Made by a program: the position numbers and the translations under genes. Source: Selaginella moellendorffii (Eukaryota > Plantae > Lycopodiophyta). Taken from it: a DNA stretch of 64,000 nucleotides. The notes beneath the pieces were generated by a model. The model searched no databases. It saw only the letters and a program-made list of their open reading frames with translations, and was not told the DNA's origin. The number at the start of each line of letters is the position of its first letter. Positions within the stretch are counted from its first letter, which is position 1. The stretch is from assembly GCF_000143415.4 (NCBI RefSeq), contig NW_003314305.1, positions 1,566,750 to 1,630,749 of the forward strand, read 5' to 3'. Of the stretch, positions 36,890 through 50,900 are shown in pieces.

Positions 36890-37830
36890 CTTCAGCACAC
36901 GGATTTCTCTCTGGGTGCCAGTCAAACAGCTCAGGCCCGAGTGTCTGGAGCTCGCCATTCACAAAGCAGGCTCTGAAAGACGCCACAGCCTTCTCGTGAC
37001 GACACTCCTCGTCGCTGCTTTTACCACCGCCAGGAGAGTTGCCACCACCACCTAGGTACTTGCGAGCTCGTCCTCTCCTGATTAATGCGGCCGTTTTCAG
37101 CAGTACACAGGGACGCCAGCTCCACTTCCTCCCGGACCGCAGTAAAAGCGTCGAGTGGATCTTCCTCCTCCTCACAGGTCTTTCGTTTCTTTCTCGTGTC
37201 CTGATGCTTCATCGCTGTAGGTGTGGTAGTGTTCGCCTTCTCGTCCTCGTCCTCCCAGGCCGCTGACACCGCTCCAGAGCTCCCTCGTGCATTCTACCAG
37301 CCATAGCCTCGCTCCAAAGTTGCCAGTGTCCATCTCCGTCGTTGTGAGCCATTATGGAGACCATCCTCTTCCGCCACCCTGCTGCTCGTCTTGTCCTGTC
37401 GTCCCTCTTTCGTCTCTAGTGGCGTTTTCTTTTCCCCGCTGCGTTCGCTATTCCCAGTCGTGAGAATTTATCTCCTGCTGCGTCCTTTTCATCTCTGTCA
37501 GCCTTGACACTCGAAACTGTTTAGCTAGGCCGGACTCTGGACCACACTCGAGCTTGGCAGTCTTGTCCATTCCCATTTGGAATCGTCGTCACTGGAGCTT
37601 GGATTTGACACCAATCTGCGACGTTTTCTCCGCGTAGTTTACGTCACCGACGAGCTTGACGAGAGCCTCAGCTTGACTTACTGTTGTAGCTCGTGTTTCA
37701 AACGAGCTCCCTGTGCGGGCTCCTATTGCCTTGATTGTCCCTGGCGAGAGAGAGCTTATTTATCGCGAACTTCAGGAGAGATCCTCGACATCTACGTTCT
37801 TTGCGTGGTCTTTTTTCGAGAAGCGCGTAT
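36890..37830 (-). pseudogene. Inverted, frameshifted partial copy of the last LAS1 exon (~42290-43587)
   Basis: WEDEDEKANTTTPTAMKHQDTRKKRKTCEEEEDPLDAFT matches WEDEEEKATSTTLAVMKDQDMRKKRKICDEEEEDPLNAFT. ECRHEKAVASFRACFVNGELQTLGPE matches ECCHEQAMASIKGCLLVNGKLQIVRPE. Confidence 0.9.
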
Positions 37831-38561
37831 AGAAAGCAGTATATTCTTTTGCAAAACCTTTAATATCTCGTACATGAAACAAACCTGAAAACAGATAGCC
37901 TCAACACCAACAGAAGGCTCAAGACGAAATCTAAACACTTCAGCATGGCAAGGACCTGCATGGCGCACTTTAGTGGGCACTAGAATATAATACCACACAG
38001 TAGTGAACTTGCGTAAAGAACTCTGGGCTGTCGTCGTCAATCAGAACAACAGCAAGAACGCAACCATATGTGATCTTTGCATGGAGCTTGCAAATATCCT
38101 CAAGACTCATAACAAGGACATGAAAATCCACTCGTGGTCTGGGAGACTCCCTAGCAGCATAGGACCTCCCGCGTGTACGTCACATTTGAGTTCACGACCG
38201 CCAGCCTCGGCCTCACCAAAGGCAGCAGCAGCTCGAGAAGACGAACAGATTTCACAGGAAGAGGAGCATCCATGAATTCTGTAAGACAAGCATAAGACGG
38301 AACGAAGGAGACAAGGGACGACGCGATCGCAGCACTCCATTCGCAATGTTAATTCAAGTTTGCCCGAGACGAATATCTCGCTCTTAAAAGCTTGTAGTCA
38401 AGCAGCTTCTTTTGTTACTATGTTACTCCACGGGCAACGCAGGAAGCCTTGGAGCAGAACTTCCCAGGTACATCCTAGTCTTATCGAATTCAGTTTGAAT
38501 CTCACTGTGCTGCCCTAACCTGCTGGATCGACGCTTCTACAATATAGTTGATTTCTTTTCC

Positions 38562-39940
38562 ATGTATGCACGCAAGGTCGTCTGCCAGGACTTGTCAGCT
38601 ATGATGACATTCACGCCAGGCCTCATCCCAGACCACTCAGGTGACACTTCAGTCTTTGTTGCTTCTCAGCACAGGATTCCTCAGCTTTTAGATCTCTTGC
38701 AAGCGTTTGTGGAGCACTTGGGGCTGTTCGAGGTCCGGGTGGTGTGTCAGTATGATCACCCCGGGAGCCTGGCCATTGCAGTTAGAACTCCAGAAACTCT
38801 GAAGTGCAAAACTTGGAAGCCGCGGAGAGTGGTCTTCGTGGATGCAGATGTGTTGGTTTCCAATGGCTGCAGGCTGCAGCTTTCAGCCATTCTTGGCAAC
38901 AAGACGTTTGCCATTCACTCGACAAAAATCTCTACAGATGTAGAAGAGCTTATCAGCAATGCTAAGGGTGAGACTCACATGATTCCCAAACCAGTCATGT
39001 CACTCAACGGGGTGTAGCATTTTTACGTTGTTGCAAAGGAATGGGGCAAGCTTGTGAAGTTTGGCCAGGTTTGGAGAATGTGGCTAAGGGAAGTTTAACG
39101 TGAAACGGCTGAGAGTTAGTGCCTTTTGCAACTCTGTAGCCCAGGTAAAGATGGTTACATTACAGATGGGAAATGCTAGCTTTCCGGTGGCTGCAACTCA
39201 CACTGAAATGCCTCGGTCGACGGTTGAAGAGATTGCAGAAGAGTTTTCTCAATGGCACCTGCTGCTCATTATGAACATCTATAGCCGTGGTGATCAACGT
39301 TGACATGCCCGAATCTGCAGATGCATATATTGGAATGGACAGAGGATGGTCAACATTTGCTCCAAGTTCCTTTGTTGGAGGAAAATTGAGGACATTTTAA
39401 ATTAGAATTCATGCTTGCCCCGCTGATGTAATGTAATGTAATATCACACTTTGGACATGGGATTGATTTCTAATGCTTCTGAGGCTGACCAAAGTTGACT
39501 CTTTTTCGATAGTTGATGGATTGACTGGGGAACTTCTCCTTGTTAAAATCTTGGCTGATGTCCACCCAGGATGGGATGCGATGCATCGATCATGATAACC
39601 TCTACTCCAGACAACTTGGCTGAAAGAGATGCAGGAGTTAACAGGGACTTGGCTGGTGATGGTTTTAGCGGCGGTGGAAGCCGAGTGGCGGGGAGCGGTG
39701 TCTTGTGCTGATTGCAACATTCAAAAGGCTTAAAAAACCAACTTACAGGAAAGTTGTTTTGGTATTGATCCAATGCCACAGTTGGATAGTTTCTTCATCT
39801 CAAAATGTTTCGGCTGTGATTTTTTGCTCACAGATGTTTCTTTAGAGATGATTTAGGCTGCTTCTATTATGATTGGGCTTTGAAAAAGAATGCACAAAAA
39901 CCAGAGAGGCACGTAGTAAAACAGGAACGCTCACAGGTAA
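38562..39940 (+). pseudogene. Fragmented coding-like region, possibly distant EEP-domain remnant
   Basis: Protein-like ORFs 38562-39017 and 39100-39303. FPVAATHTE weakly resembles VVATTHLE and LDSFFISK weakly resembles LDRVF. Identity is uncertain. Confidence 0.25.
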
Positions 39941-41236
39941 GTTCTTGCCAGTTCTGTTTCTTAATTAAGCGCAATAATACTAGAGATATTATTTATGATG
40001 CATGAATGCACTGCTGTCGAGCTTGGATTGGTTGAAGACTGTTGTGGAGCTTGGATTGAAGATATTGTTTATCATGTAGTCTAGTTCCAAGCTCCCGTAA
40101 CTATGGTCAAGGTGCTCACGGGTGGCACTGACCCTTCTAGTCAGCTCAGGTCAAACATCCCCTGCTAATGCATCTATGGATTGGTGTCCAATTTGTGTCA
40201 ATCTTGCCTCACACCACTCTCAGCTGTGATCAAGGAGCTCCTCCTCATCAACTTTCCATTGCTGCCTCTTATCGTCCAGGTAGCCTGCAGATTAAACAAG
40301 CAGAAAAAGACAGGTACGGCAAACGAGCACCTTTCTCATTCCAGCTTTTTGATTTGCCATTCCTTTTGTGTATTTTAAGTTTCAGTTCTAGCAAAATAGA
40401 AAGTCTCAGGAAGTAAAAACTATTTATAGTATCTGTATATATATATATATCCGTAATCAAGTTCTATCGCTTTTTTTTTTTTTTAATCTCTTCTTTGAAT
40501 CCTTGTGTGATGGCACAAGAAGGTGGTCTTCTCTGTGGCTGAAAGAGATGGCATTGCTGTTTGTGACATTCAATAACTATCGGAGCATTTGGTGGTAAAG
40601 CAAGGGGAAGCTCTTGACTTCTCTTTGGTCCATATCTTCACTTGATCTTGACTAATTGTTGGATTGAAAACCTTTGTCCACGTTCTCTTTCTTTCCCCGT
40701 TGCTCCTTATTCCTTCTTGCTCTGTTGTTTTGCTCTTATGCTCCTTGATGTGAGAAACACTTACAATCTATCAGTAATGGGATTTGGCTTCAAAAGGAGA
40801 ATCAACCCATAATCATCTGAGAAGAGATCTATGTTGCTCTTGTACTAAGCTTGAGTACACATTAATTGAAAGCAATAATTAAAAATTATTAAATAGTGGA
40901 CAGAATTATATATACACATTATATTCATAGTCATTTTAGAGGTTATCATAGCAATATAACAAGACGTTCTGAAGTCAGAATCACACTTAAAGTAGCAAAT
41001 TTGTAAATTTGCTTCAATCATTAATTACAACACTATTGCAATTGTATTCAAAACATCCTTGGGTTCTGCTTTAAAATCATCAATTTCCTCTAGCAAAGGA
41101 ACTTCCTGCCTGGAGAAAATATTGACCACCCGCTTAAATTCTCTATATTCCAACCCTCTCCATATATGCATCCGGACAAAGTTGATCACGGCGGTTTAAA
41201 TATTCGAATCTACTTTAATGGGATTCGAACCCCGGG

Positions 41237-41246
41237 TTTAGGGTTT
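41237..41246 (+). promoter_or_regulatory. Telo-box (TTTAGGGTTT) just upstream of the LAS1 ATG
   Basis: Reverse complement of AAACCCTAAA. Telo-boxes are typical of plant ribosome-biogenesis genes. Confidence 0.55.
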
Positions 41247-41254
41247 ATCGGGCG

Positions 41255-43590
41255 ATGAAGAAGAAGACGAAAGAGAAGAAGAATGTGCGCCTGGTCGCCT
41301 GGGGCAGCTGGAAGGAATGGGATTGCGTGAGATCTGCGCTCTTCTCGGATTGCTCATCGAGAATATCGGCCGCGATCGACAGGGTACGCTCTTGTTCGTC
41401 CATTTCTTTGACGAGATTCTTGGAATTTGCACAGATTACGGCATGGCAGGCAAGAGCGCGTGTCCCGATTGCGGTGGAAATCACGGCCAATCTTCTCAGC
41501 ATTCACCTAAGAGATCCTTCGATGAGGTTTGTTTCGTGAGAAAAAACGAGTCAGGGTTACAGCTTTTTTCAGGGACGACATTCCAGAGAATTTAGTTCTC
41601 TCCGAACAGCTGCTGCGATTGATGTACGCAATGTCGATAATGAGGTAGAGTATGAATTTTTTGGAGGTTTCTCTTTGACGAGTGTTCTTCCAGGCTCATC
41701 AATGGCGTAGTAGACGATAAGAAGAATTTCCGGTTTGGTTCTGTGGCAACACGAGCTTGCCAGGCAGAGCTTCCTCACTTGCTAGTGAGCATTCGCCATG
41801 GTATGTTCTATGTTCTTTTTTCTCTCGCTTTTCTTTTTCTTGTTTGAAATCCATCACTTGTATTTTAGATTCTGCTCACGGAGAACTTCCTGCGATATCA
41901 TTGCTACGTATGGCAAGCAAACAAGTTAGTATGCTTTTCTTGTCATTTTTTTCCCCCTGTGATTAACATTTTCTATTTTTTGTAGGCGTTAGAGTGGCTA
42001 AAGGCTTTCTACTGGCAACGCCAAAGGACAACTTTACATGCTGCTCGAGCCCATCTTAAAGCTCTCCTCATGGAGTACGTGACCATGCTGCAAAAAAGCT
42101 ATGTTCCATGCGAGGATCTAAGCGGCCACGACAAGAAGCAATTGAAAAGAGGTAATGTTCCAGTTTCTATTGTCGTTTTTTATTTCCTAAGAAAAACATT
42201 TTCAGTTCGTCACGACAGAGATTTGCTACTCCAAAAACTCATCAAGGCGTCACTAGCAGTGCCGCAGGAAGTCGTCTCGATACTAATCGACGACGCGCTT
42301 CTAGAAAAAGACGACGCAAACAACGAAGATCAAATGGAAGCTACTGGATCAAACGCAAGGAAGCTGGCGTCAGTCGAGGATCTCTCCTGGAAGTTCGCGA
42401 TAAACAAGCTCTCTCTCGCAATGCCACAAATCTTACCAATGCTGGCTCTCGGGATAACCAGGCGACTAGCAGGCTTAGAGGCAATAGCAGACGGCACAGG
42501 CTACTCGGCAATCAGCGAAGACGGTACCGAAGTTGCGAAGATCTCCAGCGATCTCGAGGCCAACAGGCTGACGGACTGGCTCGAGTGGCTTCTCGAGTGC
42601 AAAGAGAAGCGGGTCACTGTAAAGCCGGAAATGGAGATTTACCTCGAGAACGGTGGAGTCCATGGCCAAATCTCTCAAGAGCTCACCAGGGAGCTCCTGT
42701 CCACGTGCCTGAAACAAGAGCTACAACACAAAGTCAAGCCGAGGCTCGTCAAGCTCGTCGGTGACGTATACTACGCGGAGAAAACGTCGCGGCTTGCTCA
42801 GAAGCTGTGTCAATTCCAAACTCCAGCGACGACGATTACAAATGGAAATGGACAAGACTTAGGTGACGACGGCGAGGCTCGTGTGGTCCAGAGTCCGGCC
42901 GAGCTAAACAGTTTAGAGTCAAGGCTGACAGAGATGAAAAGGACGCAGCAGGAGATAATTCTTACAACTGGGAATAGCAAACGTAGCGGGGCCGAGGAAC
43001 AACGAAGAGGAGCCAGTAGAGACGAACGAACGAGGAGAGGACAAGACGAGCAGCAGAGTGGTGAAGAGGACGGTCTCCATAATGGCTCACAACGACAGAG
43101 ATGGACACTGGCGAGGAACTGGCAAGCCTGTGCTATAGGCATGCTTCCATCCTCTTGCTACTTTGGAGGAGTGCGGCCTTCATGGCTGGTAGAATGCACG
43201 AAGGAGCTCTGTAGTGATAGCAGGAGCTGGGAGGACGAGGAAGAGAAGGCCACCTCTACTACACTTGCAGTGATGAAGGATCAGGACATGAGAAAGAAAC
43301 GAAAGATCTGTGATGAGGAAGAGGAGGATCCACTCAACGCTTTCACTGTGGCCCAGGATGTGGAGAAAGGAAGTGAAGTTCCTGTCATTAATGAGGAGAG
43401 GAGGAGCTCGCAAGTACCCAGTGATGATGCTGGTGGTGGTGGCAATGCTGGTGATAAAAGTGGTGATAAGGAGTGTTGTCACGAGCAGGCAATGGCATCC
43501 ATCAAAGGCTGCTTGCTTGTGAATGGCAAGCTCCAGATAGTCAGGCCTGAAGTGTTGACTGCCATCCAGAGAGAAATTTGTGTGCTGTAG
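41255..43590 (+). CDS. LAS1: Las1-like ribosome biogenesis endonuclease, multi-exon
   Basis: RLVAWGSWKEWDCVRSALFS..AIDRI.AWQAR..VPIAVEITANL, RLINGVVD, AHGELPAISLLRMASKQALEWLKAFYWQRQ. C-terminal WTLARNWQACAIGMLP. Confidence 0.85.
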
Positions 43591-43661
43591 CAACCTTGCT
43601 TTAATTTGTGAGATTATTTATCCTTTTTCTTAGCCTTTTATATCACCACCCTAGTCTAGAT

Positions 43662-43800
43662 GTATGTACATATACATATATACATACATACATATGGATA
43701 CATATATATATATATATACATATGGATACATACATACATACATACACACACACATACATACATACATACATACATAATTACATACATATACATACGTACA
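43662..43800. repeat. Compound (TA)/(TACA)/(CA) microsatellite
   Basis: Directly visible, next to the degenerate LTR. Confidence 0.9.
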
Positions 43801-43818
43801 ATTAAATATATATGTGTG

Positions 43819-46800
43819 TGTGAATGCATGGAATATGGAAATGGAAAAAAAGTATATATTTAATTAAAAAACCAAAAAACCCTAACTTATATATGGAGTG
43901 AGTGGTTTGGATCAAAATCCTACTATACTAATATTAATATATAGTATACACTTAAACTTCACATCATCCTCTCCTTTCAAAAGGATTAATCGTAATTAAG
44001 GTTATTTGGTTGAAAGTTGGGATTTGAAAGAACATGAAGAGGAGGCACTAGTAGATTTATAGGTGGTGTGAATTGTTCCTAAACTTTGTATAAAGTGTTT
44101 CAATTGCTACATATACATAATTTTTGGACAATTAGCTTGTTAAGTGTTATACCGAACCTCATAAACTCACAATCCAACTTGTTACAAACACCCAATATGG
44201 TCCCTTCCACTAAGCAAGGAGCCCTTTACACAAATCAGATACTATAAAATTAAGAAACAAAAAAATATTAAATCATCTATTTTGTACTTCGCAAGTGGAC
44301 AAGGATAGGAGTTGTAGTATCATTGTTGTCCCACTTATACACCACCTATGTGTTCAGTAAACTCTATTTGAACTAGTGGAAGAATACTTGCTAAACATTG
44401 ATCCCAAGACTTAGCATCAATAACTTGTGGCAATTGCAAAAGTAGATTCAACTTTGTTAATAGTATTAGATCATGACTATATAAAAGTTTATATGGTAAA
44501 GCACCAATAGATCTCTATACCCCTATGATATACACATATCAAAGAGATGGCAGATAACCATCCCAATGTGAATGCTAAAAGTTCATATACTTCACACTCA
44601 TCCTTTTAAAGGTCTAAAGAAGTTGTTCTACTAAACCATCCGTCTATGAATGATAAGCACTTGTCAAAGTGTGGCATATCCCTATTTGAGATATTAAAAC
44701 ATAAAATGCATGAGCTTTAAATGCAGAACTATTATTTAAGAGAATCCACTCGAGACAAGAATGTAAATACACCACTCGATTAAAGAAAAAGTATCCAACA
44801 GTAGTCATAGATGCACTATCAAGAGCACTAACTTTCACTTAACAAGTTAAATAGTTAAAGGAAATAATGACATGTTTATTGCTAGTAGTTGATCGTGGAA
44901 AAGACTCTATCAAATCAAACACTACTAACTTAAATGGACAGGAAATTGCAATTGACTTTAACTATCTTTTTATAGTATAAGGGGGAATATTACAAATATG
45001 GCACCAAATGCAGTTACATACATACTAGATAATATCATGTTGCATCTTCGGCTAATAAAAAGACTTGCGCAACTTCTCAATCATATGATAATGTCCCATA
45101 TGCTTGTCGAGAATAGGAGAGTCATAGTAGGCATGGAGGAAACATAGAATAAAGATTAAAGGCAACTAGTCATAAGTTCCCTAAAAATAAAAAAAGGTCC
45201 TTTTTAATGTGATATTGAGAATGGAAATGCCAAAACAATAAGTTATCAACAAATAATATAGGATTCTCAAACATATCATGAAGTCTTCAAATCCATATCT
45301 CAACTTTTTGAGCTTCACAAACCTCATTAATAGAAGGTAAATTTTGCTCATCACCTTATAGATACTAAACATTAAATATAACAATTGCTAACGGCATAGA
45401 ATTTTTATCAAAAAAATTCACTAATGCTAAAATAACAAACTTTTCAAGAATAGGAGAAGTAAGTAAAGAAGGGAAAGAAGTTCGAAAAAGGGCATTTATA
45501 TTAGCCATAGAACTATTTGGGTAATAAATAACCTCAAAATTATATATCTAAAGCTTTATAACCCATTGAACAATACAACCATCTAAATTCTTCCACTTGA
45601 ATAATGAAGTAATTGTAGCATGATTACCTTTTAGTAATGTTTAAGAACCATATAAATATGTGTGAAGCTTCTTAAAACCCCAAACTAGTACTAAACACTC
45701 TTTCTTTGTTATGGAGTAGTTCATCTTTGTTAGTTATAATGTACGGCTGATATATGTAATGGGATGTAAATGGTTTTGATAATAGTCTTAGGGGTGTATT
45801 GATAAAAAAGACCATAAGTATGTTGAGTCAATGCTACGAGGTTAAATGTAGTTTGGATATGCTAAAATTAGAGGAGTCATCAATAGCTTTTTAAAATTTA
45901 TAAATGCTTATAGACAATCCTCAGACCAAATAAAAGAAGCTGTTGACAACTTCAACAATACTTGCAATAGTGCAGTATGATTAAAAAAATGATTAATAAA
46001 ATAATTGAGATATTACATCTTATATAGGAAGTGTTACATATCATTCACACACTTTGAAGTAGGAAATTTTAAAATAATCACAAGTTTGTTAGAAACAATT
46101 TGCAAACCTTCACGAAAAATATGGCACCCAAGATAAGTCATGACTTTGGACTCAAACACACATTTCAACCATTTCAACTTTAAACTAACTTCCCACAATT
46201 GATCCAATACCTTGTGAACATCATAGATGTGCTCCTCCCACATCCCCTTTAAATATTATCAATGAAGTCAGTAGTCACTTCTGGCATATTGCAAAGAACT
46301 TTATCTATTATCTACTAAAAAGTTGCTAGAAAATTATTAATTTGAATAACATCACTAAGAACTTTAGAAACTAAATGGTGTACAAAAAACAATCTTGGGA
46401 ACATCTTCTTTGGCCATTGGCACTTAAAGGCAAGATCTAGTTTGGTGAACTAATAACTTCTTCTTAGATAGTTCAGTAGATTAATAATATGAGGAAGAGG
46501 GTACATATTCGGGATAGTCACTTTGTTTAATAAATAATAATCAATGCAAAATTGAATACTCCCATCGGGCTTTATCACAATATGAGGTTCACATGCTCAA
46601 GGACTCTAAGACTTTTAAATAACACCTTTCTTCAATATTTCTTTAACATTTGTGTGTAAAATTTTGATTTCCCTCAGTGACTTATGCAGAATAAAAATCT
46701 TAATTGGATGAGCATCCTTAGTTAGAATAGGATGGCACATTGGATTCTTAGCCCCAGATAACACGTCAAAATCAAAGAGATCAACATACACCTTCATGAG

Positions 46801-47558
46801 CTAATCAACTATTGCAACACAAAGACTGTCAAAGGGATCTAAAATTAGAATAAATAAATAAGATAGAAATATAATAGGAGGTAATGGGGAGATAAAAGTG
46901 ATGAGAGCAAAGGGACAAAGTGGAATAGAAATAAAAGGAATGGAAAAAAATAAGATGTATAAAATAAGAGGGAAAGACCTTAAAGTCACATTTGGTATGA
47001 TTGTGCTACAACTAATATATACTGAGGATGAAGTCAAAAACTTGACTTAGCACCACCCACAAAAATTGAAGCTCAAGCTCCCAATTCACCTATACACACA
47101 ACTAAGTTTGCTTTATCCCACACATACATATGTATGGTTGTTGCTATAAAGAATGCTTTACAACATGACACAACTGTAGATGGTAATGAGTGGCAATATG
47201 TCAAGCAATATAAAATAAACTCAAGATTATATTAACCAACACAAAAAGAATAATAAGAAACCTTTTGTTATAAAAATGAGCTTAAAGAGTAAACACTGGA
47301 TGAGTTGGTGCTGGTAAATTCTTGGAACTTTAAGGGATAAATAGGGATAAAATAACATGCTAGACTTTTTTGGCTAAACTAATTCTATTGGAGTCAAACC
47401 CCTACACTCTCTTTACTATACTTTTGAAACCCCATGAAACCACCCTTGTCAGGGGGATGATTGCTTTGGGCTTTCACATATCGACTTGTATTTAGTATTT
47501 GGTATTTGGTATTTGGACTTGTAATTGGACTTAGTCTCGGTCTCGGACTCAGACTCGG
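43819..47558 (-). mobile_element. Heavily C>T/G>A-mutated, 5'-truncated copy of the 11388-18121 gypsy family
   Basis: 3' LTR remnant at 43819-43963 and a PPT. Minus-strand fragments match integrase, RT (WEEHIYDVHKVLDQL) and pol start (MKVYVDLFDFD..KEILKKGVI), and the protease flank extends to ~47320. Confidence 0.9.
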
Positions 47559-48050
47559 TGTAGTGCATGTGGTTTTCATGGTGATTTACCATAGGATAAT
47601 CATGAAGTGGAACCTAAACCCTTCATATACCATGTGTCATATGCCACATGTTCCAAAGACAGTGGAGTGGAACCTAAGTTTCAGAGCCTTAGGCCACTGA
47701 GTGAAAGAACGAAGCCAAACTCCCAAATTTGCAACCAAGGAGTGAAAGAACTAAAGTATAAAGTGACTCTTGAGTGTTCAACCCAAGGACTAAAGGGACA
47801 AGAGCATAGAGCAACTTAGAATAGTCCTAGTGCATCTAACATCCCAATACCAAGACCAATATGCAAAACAGAGCTAAATGGAGTCTAACGCTATTTTAGC
47901 ATACTGGTGGCATAACATGAGGATATAGGTACTCCACTAGCTAACATGGTGTGAAACTTGGGCTTAGACTCAAGCCAAATGTAGAACAAAGACAGACACG
48001 CAAACAAGAGTTAAACTATGCCTCAGATTAATCAACTTACCCATTATCCC
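47559..48050 (-). mobile_element. Truncated LTR of the family found at 52178/52742/58663
   Basis: Starts TGTAGTGCATGTGGTTTT..ATGGTGATTTACCATAGGATAA and stays colinear with the other LTRs to ACTATGCCTCA..CCATTATCCCTA. Confidence 0.85.
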
Positions 48051-48539
48051 TAAAGCCAGGGTGGCTTTGGATTTCTTCTCAAGTATGTAGTCAGATGGAC
48101 ATTTTTGTTGTTACAATCGTGGCATGTGTGAGCTTGGCTATGCAAGAGCCATTCCAATGAATCAGTTGGAAGCTCATGAAGCTTAGAGCTCTGGAGAAAG
48201 AGATGAGTTCTAAAAACATTGAAAACAGCAGGCCTGCAGCTGATGCATGCAATGAAGTTACTGTAGCCTTGGAAGAGTGTCTTCATATCCACTCCCAGAC
48301 AGCGACTCACTTTCCGGTTATCCAAGGAGGCTTGACGTCAATTGTGCAACACTGCTTTGGCAATATTGGCCTACATAAGATGATAAGCCCTTTGCCCCTA
48401 AGAGCTTCAGATAATGCTGACATTAATAACTGTCCCACAACAGCAAGTAGTGTATCACTTGCCTCATTGGCTTCAATGGAACCAAAGATTCAGTTGCAAG
48501 CCTGTACAACTTCTAGGATAATAGCTTAAGCTGCCCACT

Positions 48540-48900
48540 CAAAAAGAAACTTGCTATACCAGAAACACCATTGAGCCACCAAGTCTTTGATAGCATGGTT
48601 TTGAAAAACACCCATTATGTGCAGAACATAAAGAACTTTGACAACATGAAGTGTGAACTAGATCTTGATCAAGTAGATCTTCTAGTCCACAAGCATGGTC
48701 TTGATGAGGAGAGGCAATGAGCATGGCAGTCCAGGAAACGAGGTCGAGCTCAAGTATAGAAGGCAAAGATAGCCACAGACTGGTCAATATTCCCATGCCA
48801 GACATAAGCAACATCCATAAAGCAATGTTCAAGTGTGGCATCTTGCTGGAGACCTGCTTAGCCTCCTCAACTCAAGCAAACTGAATAAGAGCATGGAGAC
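48540..48900 (-). pseudogene. Possible PPR gene remnant
   Basis: LELDLVSWTAMLIA resembles the PLS-PPR D.VSW.AM motif. No intact ORF. Confidence 0.3.
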
Positions 48901-50900
48901 ATTCTGTCACCAGTTAGTCTTGCAGAAAAAAAAAGAAGACAAATAAAAAAAACTCACCTGATCAGTGCTCCATGAGCTTGGATTGGTGCCTCTAATCCAG
49001 CAAAGAAATGAAAAAAAAGAGACTAAAATGAACACAAGCCAAGCCATACCACCTGATTATACAAGCCTCCAAATTCAGTGACCATGAATCCCTCACTCCT
49101 AGATCCTCAAGGCTAAATTTAGATCCCTCAAGGCCTTTAAGGCCAGGGCCCTTTAAATAGAATGAATGAACTTTGAGTCCATACTATGTATCAGTTAATA
49201 GTGAGCATTCAGCCCAAGGAGGGAGCACAAAGCGACATTAGAACAATCCTAAAGCATTCAACCTCTTAAAGCTAGGACCAGCATGCAAAATGGAGCCAAA
49301 TGGAGTTTAACAAAGAGTTACACAACTATACTTACATTATTTTCATTGTTGAGATTTGTGCATGGATCCAAAACATGGTGGTCATCACCAATAGGTCTCC
49401 AGACACCTTCACAGGAATGATAACTACAGTGCCAAGTAGCCTGCAAACGAGCAGGATTTAGTACGTTGAAAGAAGAATGGAAGTTTACTTACTTCCTTTG
49501 CTCCGGGTCAAAGACAAGTTTGCACAAGAGGGACACCATCATGAACAAAGCTTTCACTATGATGGAAACACTGACCACCCAGAAGAGTGTGTGCGGGTTT
49601 CGTGTGCTTATGGAATCTGTGACAAGCTTACATACAAGAGCACCAGAGCTTAGAGGCATAACTTAACACAGCACAGGAGAAGAGAAGAAAAATTTCCAGA
49701 GTATTTACAATCCAATTCGTCCATGCTTACCGAGGAACTTGCAGAGGGAAAGGTGCCACTCTCATGCAAAACTCTAGACCTTGCCTGCTAACGCTGCTAA
49801 AAGAGAAAGAGAAGATTCTTTAGTGAGCTACCAAAAAAGAGAGACCATAAATGAGAGCACATACCATCCAGGCACGAATGTGAAATCACGCTCTAGCGAT
49901 CTGGACAGCATGTTCTGGGTGCTACAGATCTTTGTAAACTAAGGCATCGCCACCAAGCTTGAGAAGCGGATACTGAAAGAACCAAGAGTAAGCAAGCTTA
50001 CATAAAAAGTCATGTTTTGCTACGAGATCTCCATGCCAACAACAGCCTCAGCATGCACTTCATCGACATTCCAGATTCCCTCAAGGCCCTTCAGATGGAT
50101 GGTTGCAGCCAGATCCATCGCCGCTAACACCATTAGCCAGTACCCTGCCACAGCTGCCACCACAGCCAAATCCCTTGCTAGTGCCTCCACCACAGATCCA
50201 TCGCTGCCACCACGGTTGAATCCCTTGCCAGTGCCACTGTGATCCATTGCCACTATGGTTACGGCCAGATTTATTGCCTGCCACTGCTAGATTCATTGCT
50301 GCTAGATGACACACTCTTGCTGCCAGATCTACCATGGTCGCTGCCATTTCCACACTCCCACGGCCAAATCCAACCCTAGCATTGCCACCCAACAATCCTA
50401 AACATCTTTCGATAGAGGAATGTGTTGCATGGAGGAATGTTGTCCAAGCACGTCTCACCTCTTAGTGTTTATCAAAACTCAAGAATTACACTTTATAAAT
50501 TTTAACCAAAAATTTTATTACACTAAGAATGAAAGCTTGGAAATGGAATTCTTTGGAATTCCACTATATAAAAGTCTATGTAGTCAAGAAACTTTTAGAT
50601 CAAGATTTTCTTGGAATATACTATTTAATTAAATAATCTTCCTTCATTTCCTAACTTCTTGGGGTGGTCACTCTTATATAACTGTATATATCATATGTGT
50701 ATATGGATTGGGGTTATTTTGGGTCCAAACCGTACGTATACATACAGACTTTAGGGTTGAGTTTAATTTAAAATTTTTTGTATGTACGGGTAGGGGAGGA
50801 GGCAGAGCTCCTCTAGGGCTCTCTACAGTAGCAGGCTGTAGAGGGCAATAGATCTCAGACACAGTAGGTATGGAGTGTGATGTTATTGTATATGTAGAGG

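Noticed and set aside
43608-43863. His/Tyr/Thr-rich ORFs
   Set aside because: Translation of a microsatellite.
50012-50458. Ala/Thr-rich ORFs, and similar ones at 63402-63849
   Set aside because: Low-complexity CCAC/GCCAC-rich degenerate repeats with no recognisable domain.
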